Origin: a virus
Strand: one strand, 5' to 3'
Virus record (IMG/VR): IMGVR_UViG_3300021387_000130
Span: 1-49,480 of that record
Length of the DNA: 49,480 nt
Shown piece after piece: positions 42,539 through 49,480 of this stretch. Position 1 is the stretch's first letter, and the number at the start of each line of letters is the position of its first letter. Both the position numbers and the translations under genes were made by a program. Under the pieces are notes generated by a model. That model was not told the origin of the DNA, did no database searches, and worked only from the letters and a program-made list of their open reading frames with translations.

Positions 42539-42707
42539 TTTGTTTTACCCCTCCTCCTATCATCACATAATTCAGCGTTTTGCAACTATGGCATTTCATT
42601 TCGAAAGCAGGCATCGCCTGTTTTTCCGGCCACACGCCTATCATTTTCCCTAGCTTGTGACCGCAGTTCCCACATCTCACCCATTCATTATCTCTTCTTG
42701 CTGTCAT
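42531..42707 (-). CDS. Small zinc-ribbon protein (58 aa), below the ORF-track cutoff
   Basis: AAGGAGG lies 8 nt upstream of the ATG. Translation: MTARRDNEWVRCGNCGHKLGKMIGVWPEKQAMPAFEMKCHSCKTLNYVMIGGGVKQNG. Confidence 0.55.
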   Translation of the reverse strand: MTARRDNEWVRCGNCGHKLGKMIGVWPEKQAMPAFEMKCHSCKTLNYVMIGGGVKQNG

Positions 42708-43527
42708 TTTCCAACGCCTCCTTTACATAATCCCTACCATTGTCTACAACCTTCGCAGTTGTAAGATAGACTGCGTTTCTTCCAAATAGCTGTTCGGCTG
42801 TTTTTCTTAGCTGTTCCTCTGTTGAGCCATAAGCAATCGCTCTGCCATAACCGCTTCTGTACTTGCCCCCCGGCACCCTGCTGTACCAATCAAAACCGAT
42901 TACTCGGAAAAAGGCTGTATGTGTCAGAGGAAAGCTAATCCGCTTTAAATCTATTGGCTGTGTTGCGTCCTTGACCTTGACCACCATCATGTCACAGCCT
43001 TTTTCGTCAGAATAAGTCTGGCAAGTGTATAGGTTAAATCTGTATCCCTGCTGTTCCATCTCAATGATGACTCCAAGGATACTCTGCCCTGCTTTGATAA
43101 TGTCACTGCTTTCAATCCTGCAGGCAACCGTCATGTCGCAATAGACATCGATCACCTTGGATTTGATTGGCCTCATGCTCATGTCGAGCATTGAGTTTGG
43201 TACATTTTTCAGTGCAAGCGGAACTATCGGAGCGAACCCCTGCACATTATTCTGAAATGTGAATCTCTTCCGCTCCCCGGTTCTGGACATCTTAAAGATG
43301 CCTCTCATGCTGTCAACTGTGGGCTGATAGCCTCCTGCCATCAGCTTCAGAGCTTCGTCAAAGGACTTGACTCCCTCAAATTTTCCAAGCGGCTGTTTTG
43401 TCTTGTCTTCAAATGCGGAACTGGTGATCTTTCTGGTTCTGCTTTTCTCTACCACTTCTATTGCGCTGTCGAAGCGCTCGATGTGGAAAGCTCTATCCAA
43501 TGCTTTTTTGTTTAAAATTGTACTCAT
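42688..43527 (-). CDS. Unknown protein paired with the AAA+ ATPase
   Basis: The start at MSTILNKK follows GGAGGGA. It has an alpha/beta-like core (VIDVYCDMTVACRIES) without a DxSxS MIDAS motif. Confidence 0.45.
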   Translation of the reverse strand: MSTILNKKALDRAFHIERFDSAIEVVEKSRTRKITSSAFEDKTKQPLGKFEGVKSFDEALKLMAGGYQPTVDSMRGIFKMSRTGERKRFTFQNNVQGFAPIVPLALKNVPNSMLDMSMRPIKSKVIDVYCDMTVACRIESSDIIKAGQSILGVIIEMEQQGYRFNLYTCQTYSDEKGCDMMVVKVKDATQPIDLKRISFPLTHTAFFRVIGFDWYSRVPGGKYRSGYGRAIAYGSTEEQLRKTAEQLFGRNAVYLTTAKVVDNGRDYVKEALENDSKKR

Positions 43528-43576
43528 GGTATCCCTCCATAGGCAAGTTGTAGGCAAGTTATTTATTCCTGTCACT

Positions 43577-43605
43577 ATTGTATCGCAACCGCCATTATAT
43601 GTCAA
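43577..43605 (-). promoter_or_regulatory. Sigma-A-type promoter (family member)
   Basis: Minus strand reads AAAATATATTGACA-17 nt-TACAAT. Confidence 0.65.
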
Positions 43606-43633
43606 TATATTTTAGAAACATAATCAGCAGGAT

Positions 43634-44890
43634 TTACATCCTGCTAATGATGTTTCTCAGGGCTCTTTTATATTTACTGTCAAGAATAATACCGTTGCAG
43701 ATGATGTTCAGGTCATCCTTTTCCAAGCCCTTGACCAAGCAAGTTTCCAGAGCCTCTTCAATATCCAAAATCTGAAGCATCTTGGCAAGCCTTCCGATTG
43801 CCCGGTAGCTTACGATAACCTGCTGTCCTGCCTTGTGAGCGGCGTTGCGGAACTCTCTACAGAACTGTGCAAGCTCGTGATCACCTGCAATCGAGTTTTC
43901 GATGGCTTCGGAATAGCCAATCTTCACGATTGCGAAGCGATCAAGGGAAGCGGCGTCAAGCTGATTGCGCCCTACATATTCGTAAGACGCTCCCTGTCCC
44001 ACTGTGTTACCTGCGGCGATTACCCGAAAATCGGAATGCGCTTCTCTGTATCCGATCGGTGCAGGGAAATCAAAGTACCTGTTTGCGATTGCCGCATTCA
44101 GGATCACTAGAACCTCGGGAATAGAAGCATCCATCTCGTCAAGCATGAATACCCCACCCTGCGTGAATGCTTTGTAAAACTGGGTTTCCTGATAGTTCCC
44201 CATGGCATCTGTGAAGCCTGTGAGCTTGTATTCCTGCGTGACGGCATTCGTGAAATAAAACTTCAGTCCAAGCGCTTCCGCAACCTGCTTACACAGGACA
44301 TTCTTACCGGAACCTGCGGGGCCAGTCAGGAAAACTGGTTCATTATTGCTGACAAACTTCAGCACGGTTTCAAACTTCTCATGCTGAATGCCCTGCATTG
44401 GAACCTTTTTACCATCGACCACCGTGATGATCTTCCGTTCGATGGTTCCATATTCCTCTTTGATGAATTCCCGAACCTTGTCCTCGACCTGCCCCATGAT
44501 CTCGGATTCGATTTTTTCAGCCTGCGTTTTGGAAATCAGCTGAATGACTGCCTGTTCGAGTATTCCCATAGAATACTGAACCTGCTTTTCTGTAACTTGC
44601 GACTGAGGCTCCGGCTCTGCCGCCTGCTGAGGCTCTGCCGCCCCTTTTACTTCACACATACACTCGAAAAAAGAGCATTTATCGTACGCAGTGTTTGCGG
44701 CGTAATCCCGGATATAATCTTTTAATGTTTTAACATCGCCCCGCAAAGCTTCAAGAGCTTCTAAAGCCAAATTAATATTACTTGTCGGGTTCTCTTCACT
44801 CCCAGATCTGAGAGCATATCCGGTCTGCATGTTATAGAACCGGATAATCATTTTAGCCGCGGCCTTTTCGTTTTCACTATAATGTTTCAT
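43634..44890 (-). CDS. AAA+ ATPase (AAA_5; MoxR/CbbQ/CobS-like) with a 170-aa unknown N-terminal region
   Basis: Walker A FLTGPAGSGKN and Walker B VFMLDEMD. The start at MKHYSEN follows the CCCAAGGAGGTCAAAC leader. Confidence 0.7.
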   Translation of the reverse strand: MKHYSENEKAAAKMIIRFYNMQTGYALRSGSEENPTSNINLALEALEALRGDVKTLKDYIRDYAANTAYDKCSFFECMCEVKGAAEPQQAAEPEPQSQVTEKQVQYSMGILEQAVIQLISKTQAEKIESEIMGQVEDKVREFIKEEYGTIERKIITVVDGKKVPMQGIQHEKFETVLKFVSNNEPVFLTGPAGSGKNVLCKQVAEALGLKFYFTNAVTQEYKLTGFTDAMGNYQETQFYKAFTQGGVFMLDEMDASIPEVLVILNAAIANRYFDFPAPIGYREAHSDFRVIAAGNTVGQGASYEYVGRNQLDAASLDRFAIVKIGYSEAIENSIAGDHELAQFCREFRNAAHKAGQQVIVSYRAIGRLAKMLQILDIEEALETCLVKGLEKDDLNIICNGIILDSKYKRALRNIISRM

Positions 44891-44933
44891 GTTTGACCTC
44901 CTTGGGTTCAAGTTAATTTCTTCATCTGTAAAC

Positions 44934-44962
44934 AATATAGCGCTTACTAATAATTATGTCAA
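44934..44962 (-). promoter_or_regulatory. Sigma-A-type promoter (family member)
   Basis: Minus strand reads AAAAAATATATTGACA-17 nt-TATATT, with GCGC before the -10. Confidence 0.7.
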
Positions 44963-44971
44963 TATATTTTT

Positions 44972-45373
44972 TCAAAATCTTTCATTCCAATATCTTACAG
45001 CTGTTTCTCTGGAGGGAAAGTCAGGCGTAATACAATATGAATTATAACAACTTCCCATGCAAAGCACCTTCCACTGCTTGCTGTGTCCTATAGTGCTTAT
45101 CTCGTATATTACAGCATTGCTCCCACAAAAAGGACACTTCTTAAGCCTGTCCAGTTCCTTTTTGACAGTTATATCCTCATCAATCTTGCTTTTCCGTGAG
45201 TTGGCATATCCAAAAGCAAGTATCCACAGGCAACACAAGATTGTCGCAAGTAATGCCGGGATGAAAAATGCATCAATCAAGCATCCTGATACTACCGCAA
45301 GAAAAACTGCGGCATAAGTTATTGCGATTAACACTTTGTCATGAGTCGTTTTTGTGTTCCATTTTGCCATCAT
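44972..45373 (-). CDS. Membrane-anchored Lar-family (restriction alleviation-like) zinc-ribbon protein
   Basis: Two N-terminal TM helices are followed by LKKCPFCGSNAV...CMGSCYNSYC...ETAVRYWNERF, a Lar-family pattern. The start at MMAKW follows CAGGAGGGG. Confidence 0.5.
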   Translation of the reverse strand: MMAKWNTKTTHDKVLIAITYAAVFLAVVSGCLIDAFFIPALLATILCCLWILAFGYANSRKSKIDEDITVKKELDRLKKCPFCGSNAVIYEISTIGHSKQWKVLCMGSCYNSYCITPDFPSRETAVRYWNERF

Positions 45374-45395
45374 TTCTTTCCCCTCCTGCCATAAA

Positions 45396-47681
45396 TCAAT
45401 CAATAAAGTCACTGAACTTATACTGTTTTGGCTCATTATGGGCAATAATTCGTATGTTTTTGTAGAAAATCCCAGAACTATTTCTGCCTTTTTCCGGTAA
45501 TTTCTTGCTGATTTCCGAGAAAAACTTCTTGGAGCTCATCTCATACTCGTTGTTTTCTTTCGCCCATCTAATATATGTCCTAAACAATTCTGTTGCAGGA
45601 ACTCTTTCGTCACAGTCATAATCAATCTCGATGCATTGCTCCAAGAACCCCGCAAGCAAATCCATTTCCTGCTTATATTCCTTAACTGCATCTGTGACGC
45701 ACTGCGGCTCTTCTATGCCGTATTTTCTCCATTTTATGCATCCCTCAACTGCCCACTTAAGTATCTGTGGGAATTCCTTTTTGAGTTTCTGTTTAAGATT
45801 TTTATCCACCTTTTCCTTCGGAATATTAACCTCAAACGGAATAAGCTTAATTCGCCTCCATATACCCAAATCAGTTCCTCTGATTACTGGTTTGTGGTTT
45901 GTGGCAATCCAGATTTTAAACTCGGGTGTGTACTCAAACTCATCACCATAGAGAAACCTACAAGTGACTTTTGAGCCACCTGTTAACTGTTTCAATAATC
46001 CCTCATTCAGTCTTACACCTTCTGTCGGTTCTTCACTGGTCACAAACCTTGCACCCTTCAGTCTGGCAACATCAGAATTTGCGCTGTCACTTCCCCACTT
46101 TTTCATCATGATCGTTTCCGGCTGAGTGTTTGCAGAATACCCTCCAAGTAAATCAGCCATTGTATCCAGAAAAGTTGATTTACCGTTGTTGCCTATACCA
46201 TAAAGAAAATAAGCGCACTGCTCAGCGGTACTGCCTGTCAGGGAATAGCCCACACAGCGCTGAATGTATTCCTGCAGTTTTGCATCGCCATTCGTCACAT
46301 CCTGCAGAAATGAAAGCCATAGCTCAGGTTGTTTTCCCGAAGTATCATAATCAGCATTGCACATCTTAGTCATCAGAAAATTGCTGTCGTGTGGGATTAA
46401 CTCACCGTTTCGCAGATTGACTATGCCGTTCTTGCAGTTTATATAATCCACATAAGAGTCAAGCTCATCCTGCATGATTGGTATTCCCGGAAGATGCTGA
46501 CACTCTTTGATCATCGCTTCCTTACCTTTGGAGCTCGCTGTCTTAATCGACCATTTTAAAAGGTCTACTTGAGTTTTTTCATCCTCTTCCATGATCGCTT
46601 CTTTTTTGATGTCATCACATATCATATCAGCAAGCTTTTTGACTTCGCCGGAGTTGTCAGCTTCCCAAACTTTACCATCCCAGAAAAACCATTTCTTGCG
46701 ATTGTAGGAATATCGAATGATCGTTCCGAACCTGTCCTGCAGTCTGTGAGCGTTTCCGGTATCGGTCATGTCATAGCGCTTCTTCTGTTCAACTCCTACC
46801 TTCCCATCACCGAAAAGAGCGAACGCCAATTCCTTATCATCGTCATAACGTTTCGGCTCGTATACATCAACACAATTAATGCAAGCTTTGCTTATGGTTA
46901 TCGCTCCATAAGTTGTTTCTCCTCTTTTCTGATCCCATTTCGGACGCATCAATCCGCTCGTTCGAAATATCCTGTCCATCTGCGCTTCATTGCGCTGTGT
47001 CCAAAAGGCAAGCTGATTACATAAAGCGAGATCGGCCTCAGACTGCGAAGAATATACGCCCTGCCAGTTTCCCTGATACAACATATTAAAAAGATACCCA
47101 CTTTTACAGGTTCTGGCTTTATCAATCACCTCCTGATCGTCCATATTGACAACTTCTACCCGCTGTCTGTTAACAACCTTCTGGCTATCTGAACTCAGAT
47201 ACTTTTCATGCAGTGGTTTAATACGTTCAGTGCATTCTTCAATAGTAAGATAGTTAGGATTGTACACATTGCCTGTGCAAATAAAGTACCTGCCGGAGCT
47301 GTACATCTCAACGTTTCCTCTGCGTCTTGCTCCCTTTGGAAGCTCTCCCCTGCAGATAATGTGGATGCCGTTGCCGCTCTTGGAATACTCTGCATAGCTC
47401 TGGAGTGTATCCACAAATTCATCGCAGAAATCAAGATCATCGGAGCAATGATCAAGATCAACTCCAAAGTATCCATTGGCAAACATGAAACCCACACCAT
47501 CAAAGTGATATTTATCGCAAGCCTCCACAGCCTGTTCAAAGCTTGCCCAAGTGCTTGAGTCATTTGACTTTGCACTTCGCCCGGTATATGGGTTTTTGGG
47601 TATTTTATCCGCTCCGCTCCAACATACCCACTGAGGAACATCTTGTAATTCCTTAGGGATATTTTCAATTCTTGTGACCAT
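45396..47681 (-). CDS. Bifunctional primase-polymerase / D5-type SF3 helicase
   Basis: The N-terminal prim-pol domain has GVGFMFANGYFGVDLDHC. The C-terminal P4/D5 helicase has Walker A YGIGNNGKST. The start is at MVTRIEN. Confidence 0.85.
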   Translation of the reverse strand: MVTRIENIPKELQDVPQWVCWSGADKIPKNPYTGRSAKSNDSSTWASFEQAVEACDKYHFDGVGFMFANGYFGVDLDHCSDDLDFCDEFVDTLQSYAEYSKSGNGIHIICRGELPKGARRRGNVEMYSSGRYFICTGNVYNPNYLTIEECTERIKPLHEKYLSSDSQKVVNRQRVEVVNMDDQEVIDKARTCKSGYLFNMLYQGNWQGVYSSQSEADLALCNQLAFWTQRNEAQMDRIFRTSGLMRPKWDQKRGETTYGAITISKACINCVDVYEPKRYDDDKELAFALFGDGKVGVEQKKRYDMTDTGNAHRLQDRFGTIIRYSYNRKKWFFWDGKVWEADNSGEVKKLADMICDDIKKEAIMEEDEKTQVDLLKWSIKTASSKGKEAMIKECQHLPGIPIMQDELDSYVDYINCKNGIVNLRNGELIPHDSNFLMTKMCNADYDTSGKQPELWLSFLQDVTNGDAKLQEYIQRCVGYSLTGSTAEQCAYFLYGIGNNGKSTFLDTMADLLGGYSANTQPETIMMKKWGSDSANSDVARLKGARFVTSEEPTEGVRLNEGLLKQLTGGSKVTCRFLYGDEFEYTPEFKIWIATNHKPVIRGTDLGIWRRIKLIPFEVNIPKEKVDKNLKQKLKKEFPQILKWAVEGCIKWRKYGIEEPQCVTDAVKEYKQEMDLLAGFLEQCIEIDYDCDERVPATELFRTYIRWAKENNEYEMSSKKFFSEISKKLPEKGRNSSGIFYKNIRIIAHNEPKQYKFSDFID

Positions 47682-47835
47682 TTTGCACCCTCTTGATTTC
47701 TTCATCAGAAATGAACCACCTGTTACTCACATCATATTTTACTGCCTTTAATTTTCCAGTTTTAATCCATTCTCTTACTGTTCTTACTTTGATACCAAGC
47801 AGTTCGCTTGTCTGCCTTACGCTGTAATAACTCAT
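47665..47835 (-). CDS. Excisionase/MerR-type HTH DNA-binding protein (56 aa), below the ORF-track cutoff
   Basis: AAGGAGGG lies 6 nt upstream of the ATG. Translation: MSYYSVRQTSELLGIKVRTVREWIKTGKLKAVKYDVSNRWFISDEEIKRVQNGHKN. Confidence 0.6.
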   Translation of the reverse strand: MSYYSVRQTSELLGIKVRTVREWIKTGKLKAVKYDVSNRWFISDEEIKRVQNGHKN

Positions 47836-48061
47836 TAAATCCCTCCTTAAAATTTATCCATCATGTATTTTATTAACGCTTCTGATCTTCCGCTTCCGAG
47901 CTTCATGTCTACAAGCTCATCGAACGCTTTTTTCTTGTAAGCACGATACTCACTTCCGTTCCACTTTAATATTATATTTGTGCCGGAATCAGTAACAAAA
48001 TCTATATTCTTTTGCTCTTTTAAATTGCCTTTATTTATATTTCAGACCCCCTTTCTTATCA

Positions 48062-48090
48062 ATGATACTATATATGTAAATATATGTCAA
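48062..48090 (-). promoter_or_regulatory. Sigma-A-type promoter (family member, weaker -10)
   Basis: Minus strand reads TAATATATTGACA-17 nt-TATCAT. The -35 overlaps the stop codon of the helicase remnant. Confidence 0.5.
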
Positions 48091-48239
48091 TATATTACTG
48101 TATAACCAAGCTTTTTGTAATACCCCTTGCGCTTCTTTGCCCATCCGTTATACATCCCAAAGTCATCGATGAAATCGATTACTGTTCCAAATTCTTTGCC
48201 CTCTGCTTTTCGCCCAACTCTTCCTGCTGACTGAGCCAT
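48087..48239 (-). pseudogene. Displaced remnant of a helicase 3' end (50 codons, from motif VI to the stop)
   Basis: MAQSAGRVGRKAEGKEFGTVIDFIDDFGMYNGWAKKRKGYYKKLGYTVIY aligns with the C-terminus of 39..1415 (QQASGRVGRKAEGKERGIVIDFIDDFGMYKGWAKKRESVYKKLGYDII). By eye, identity is roughly 80 percent at the amino-acid level and about 70 percent at the nucleotide level. Confidence 0.8.
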
Positions 48240-48676
48240 CAATCATTTATCGGTTCTTCATCATCGAGTATCCTTGCTATATTATCAGCATTCATAAATG
48301 CTCTCATTATCGGAGTTGGCTTTTTTCTACATTTATCCATATTCCACTTTGCAGGTTTTATCATTGAAACACCGTCTTCTTCAATCATTAAAACTCCACT
48401 ATGCTCCATACCACACAAATACAAATATCCTATTGTTTGACATAAAAGATTTCGTGGACAAGCAACATATCCATATTCAAAGTTTTCCTGATTTAATCCA
48501 TTACCAGATTTCAAATCCCCAATACTTGATTTTATTTCTATGCCATAAACCCCATCTTGCGTTCCTAAATCAATGCGCCCTTTGCCAACCTTTAGTTCAG
48601 GCACAAATGGAATATCCTTAAAAACTTTCATTAAACCATTGGAATAATATCGTTGAAAATCACTCCTTATAATCAT
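48239..48676 (-). CDS. MmcB-like PD-(D/E)xK nuclease-fold protein
   Basis: GRIDLGTQDGVYGIEIKSSIGDL gives the D...ExK pattern. The start at MIIRSDF follows AAAGGAG. Confidence 0.5.
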   Translation of the reverse strand: MIIRSDFQRYYSNGLMKVFKDIPFVPELKVGKGRIDLGTQDGVYGIEIKSSIGDLKSGNGLNQENFEYGYVACPRNLLCQTIGYLYLCGMEHSGVLMIEEDGVSMIKPAKWNMDKCRKKPTPIMRAFMNADNIARILDDEEPIND

Positions 48677-48678
48677 CC

Positions 48679-49380
48679 TTAACTCCTTTCTGCATATTGC
48701 CATTTTTGCTTTTTTAATGTTCCGTTACAGTGTCGTATTATTGTTGACCTATTAAGACCAGTATCTTCACAAGCCGCTTTTATTGATGGATAAACAACGC
48801 CTGTCTGCATATTTTCAACAGGATGATATTTTGCTTCGCTTGCTTTTTGAATAGAATATTCAGATGGTTTCCTTCCCTTTAATTTTTGAGATGCTTTTGC
48901 TCTCGCCTCTGGAGAATGCATAGCATTGTTTCCATTAGCAAAAGACTTTTTTTGAGCAATACTCATGTTGTGTTTCTCTTTTTCCGTTCTTTTTCGCTCT
49001 TTTTGGAATACAGATATTTTCTTTTTTGCTTCTTCAGACATTATCTTACCAAGATTGGCTTGTCTTAATTTTCCTTTTGTTTCTTCAGAGCAAATTTTGT
49101 TATCGATACCGCCTAAAGAAATATTATATCCATATTTACGATCGGCAGAATTATATTTTTGTATTAATTCTTTTTCCATTTTGGATGCTTCATCAATAGT
49201 TAATCCTTCTGCCACTATTTCATGAATAATATTATTCCATCCATATTTTTTAATCGCATTTTTCATATATGGATTTCTATAATTGCCACCATTTGAACCC
49301 CAACGCAATTTTGGTTTCCAACTTGTAACTCCAATATATTTTTTCCCATTAGGGAAAGTATGAATATAAACACTATACAT
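48679..49380 (-). CDS. GIY-YIG homing endonuclease (free-standing) with NUMOD3 repeats and a C-terminal HTH
   Basis: YSVYIHTFPNGKKYIGVTS...R...N...E...YNISLGG, then SEETKGKLRQANLGK / SEEAKKKIS. No Shine-Dalgarno sequence was seen upstream. Confidence 0.85.
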   Translation of the reverse strand: MYSVYIHTFPNGKKYIGVTSWKPKLRWGSNGGNYRNPYMKNAIKKYGWNNIIHEIVAEGLTIDEASKMEKELIQKYNSADRKYGYNISLGGIDNKICSEETKGKLRQANLGKIMSEEAKKKISVFQKERKRTEKEKHNMSIAQKKSFANGNNAMHSPEARAKASQKLKGRKPSEYSIQKASEAKYHPVENMQTGVVYPSIKAACEDTGLNRSTIIRHCNGTLKKQKWQYAERS

Positions 49381-49389
49381 ATTTTTATT

Positions 49390-49436
49390 AATAAAAATCC
49401 CTGTTAAAAGATAGTGCGAGTATCTCCTAACAGGGA
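49390..49436 (-). terminator. Hairpin/terminator after the helicase gene (across the circular junction)
   Basis: A 9-bp stem UCCCUGUUA/UAACAGGGA with a 21-nt loop is followed by UUUUUAUU. A second 10-bp inverted repeat, gatgcaatat (49443-49452) / atattgcatc (26-35), spans the junction. Confidence 0.45.
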
Positions 49437-49455
49437 CTTATAGATGCAATATGAA

Positions 49456-49480
49456 GTTTTTACGATACAATATCTCGCAC
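49456..49480. repeat. Terminal direct repeat (copy of 1-25)
   Basis: Identical 25-mer at both ends of the window. Confidence 0.9.

Noticed and set aside
43625-43646. Hairpin AGCAGGAU/AUCCUGCU overlapping the AAA+ ATPase stop codon, considered as a terminator.
   Set aside because: No U-tract follows it on the minus strand (GAUUAUGUUUCU), so it is not called as an intrinsic terminator.
47195-47668. 157-aa minus-strand ORF nested in the primase-helicase gene. Similar nested or alternative-frame ORFs include 3626..3877, 6377..6589, 7672..7872, 18993..19289, 20635..20889, 21844..22083 and 30549..30809.
   Set aside because: They lie entirely inside longer ORFs with clear homology-type motifs, in other frames, and have no RBS.
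47847-48041. 64-codon open frame between promoter 48062-48090 and the excisionase-type HTH gene (..NINKGNLKEQKNIDFVTDSGTNIILKWNGSEYRAYKKKAFDELVDMKLGSGRSEALIKYMMDKF).
   Set aside because: There is no ATG, GTG or TTG near its 5' end. Only an ATA at 48036-48038 lies 7 nt after AAAGGGGGT, and the first ATG leaves a peptide of only 20 aa. It may be a real gene with a non-canonical start, but that is not supportable from sequence alone.
1-49480. CRISPR arrays, tRNA/tmRNA genes and integrase or lysogeny-module genes.
   Set aside because: No regularly spaced direct repeats with unique spacers were seen. No tRNA-like T-arm or acceptor pattern was noticed in the intergenic regions. No tyrosine or serine recombinase motifs were seen in any ORF. 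A covariance-model scan would be needed to exclude small RNAs formally.

Overview
The window is a complete, circularly closed dsDNA tailed-phage genome. Bases 1-25 are identical to 49456-49480, so the unique length is about 49,455 bp. Every credible gene lies on the minus strand; the plus-strand ORFs in the track look like antisense artefacts.

Modules, in transcription order (descending coordinates, wrapping 1 -> 49455):
- Replication/early region: excisionase-type HTH, prim-pol/D5-type primase-helicase, a membrane-anchored Lar-like protein, an AAA+ ATPase with an unknown partner, a tandem family of small paralogues, an orphan cytosine-methyltransferase-like gene, dCTP deaminase and dUTPase, and an ArdC-N-like protein.
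- Candidate DNA-modification trio: ParB-like, GT-A glycosyltransferase-like and SPL-like radical SAM proteins.
- Packaging and head: terS, terL, portal, MuF-like, gp10-like, scaffold, decoration-like and E-family capsid proteins.
- Siphovirus-type tail: major tail protein, chaperones, tape measure, Dit, Tal and a fibre-like protein.
- Lysis: a SPOR-domain hydrolase, holins and a lysozyme-CHAP-SH3 endolysin.
- A terminator-bounded accessory cluster of low-complexity proteins.
- Recombination module: DUF3846-like, XRE HTH, Cas4-like nuclease, Sak4-like ATPase, DUF669, Hjc-like resolvase and an SF2 helicase.

AGGAGG-type ribosome-binding sites, sigma-A-type promoters and the Gram-positive lysis domains suggest a Firmicutes/Clostridia host; this is inference. 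No integrase, tRNA or CRISPR array was seen.

Most notable observations:
1. A group I intron with a GIY-YIG endonuclease splits a Gly-rich membrane-protein gene.
2. A GIY-YIG plus PD-(D/E)xK cassette is flanked by a displaced, diverged copy of the helicase 3' end.
3. An HNH endonuclease abuts a scaffold gene that has no canonical start codon.
4. Two inverted copies of an approximately 88-bp quasi-palindrome with an AT-rich flank lie 23 kb apart.
5. Eight near-identical TTGACA-17-TATAnT promoters are present.
6. One early promoter is followed by a roughly 230-nt G+C-rich structured leader.
7. The ParB/GT-A/radical-SAM trio is a candidate new DNA-modification system.
8. A tandem array of ORFs shares a DLISRQAAI...LPSAQP N-terminal module. 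One copy has an amber codon at the conserved Gln, and one is truncated by the methyltransferase gene.
9. An (AGAC)5.75 tetranucleotide repeat sits inside the methyltransferase-like gene.
10. A perfect 22-bp inverted repeat brackets a nucleoside-deoxyribosyltransferase-like moron.
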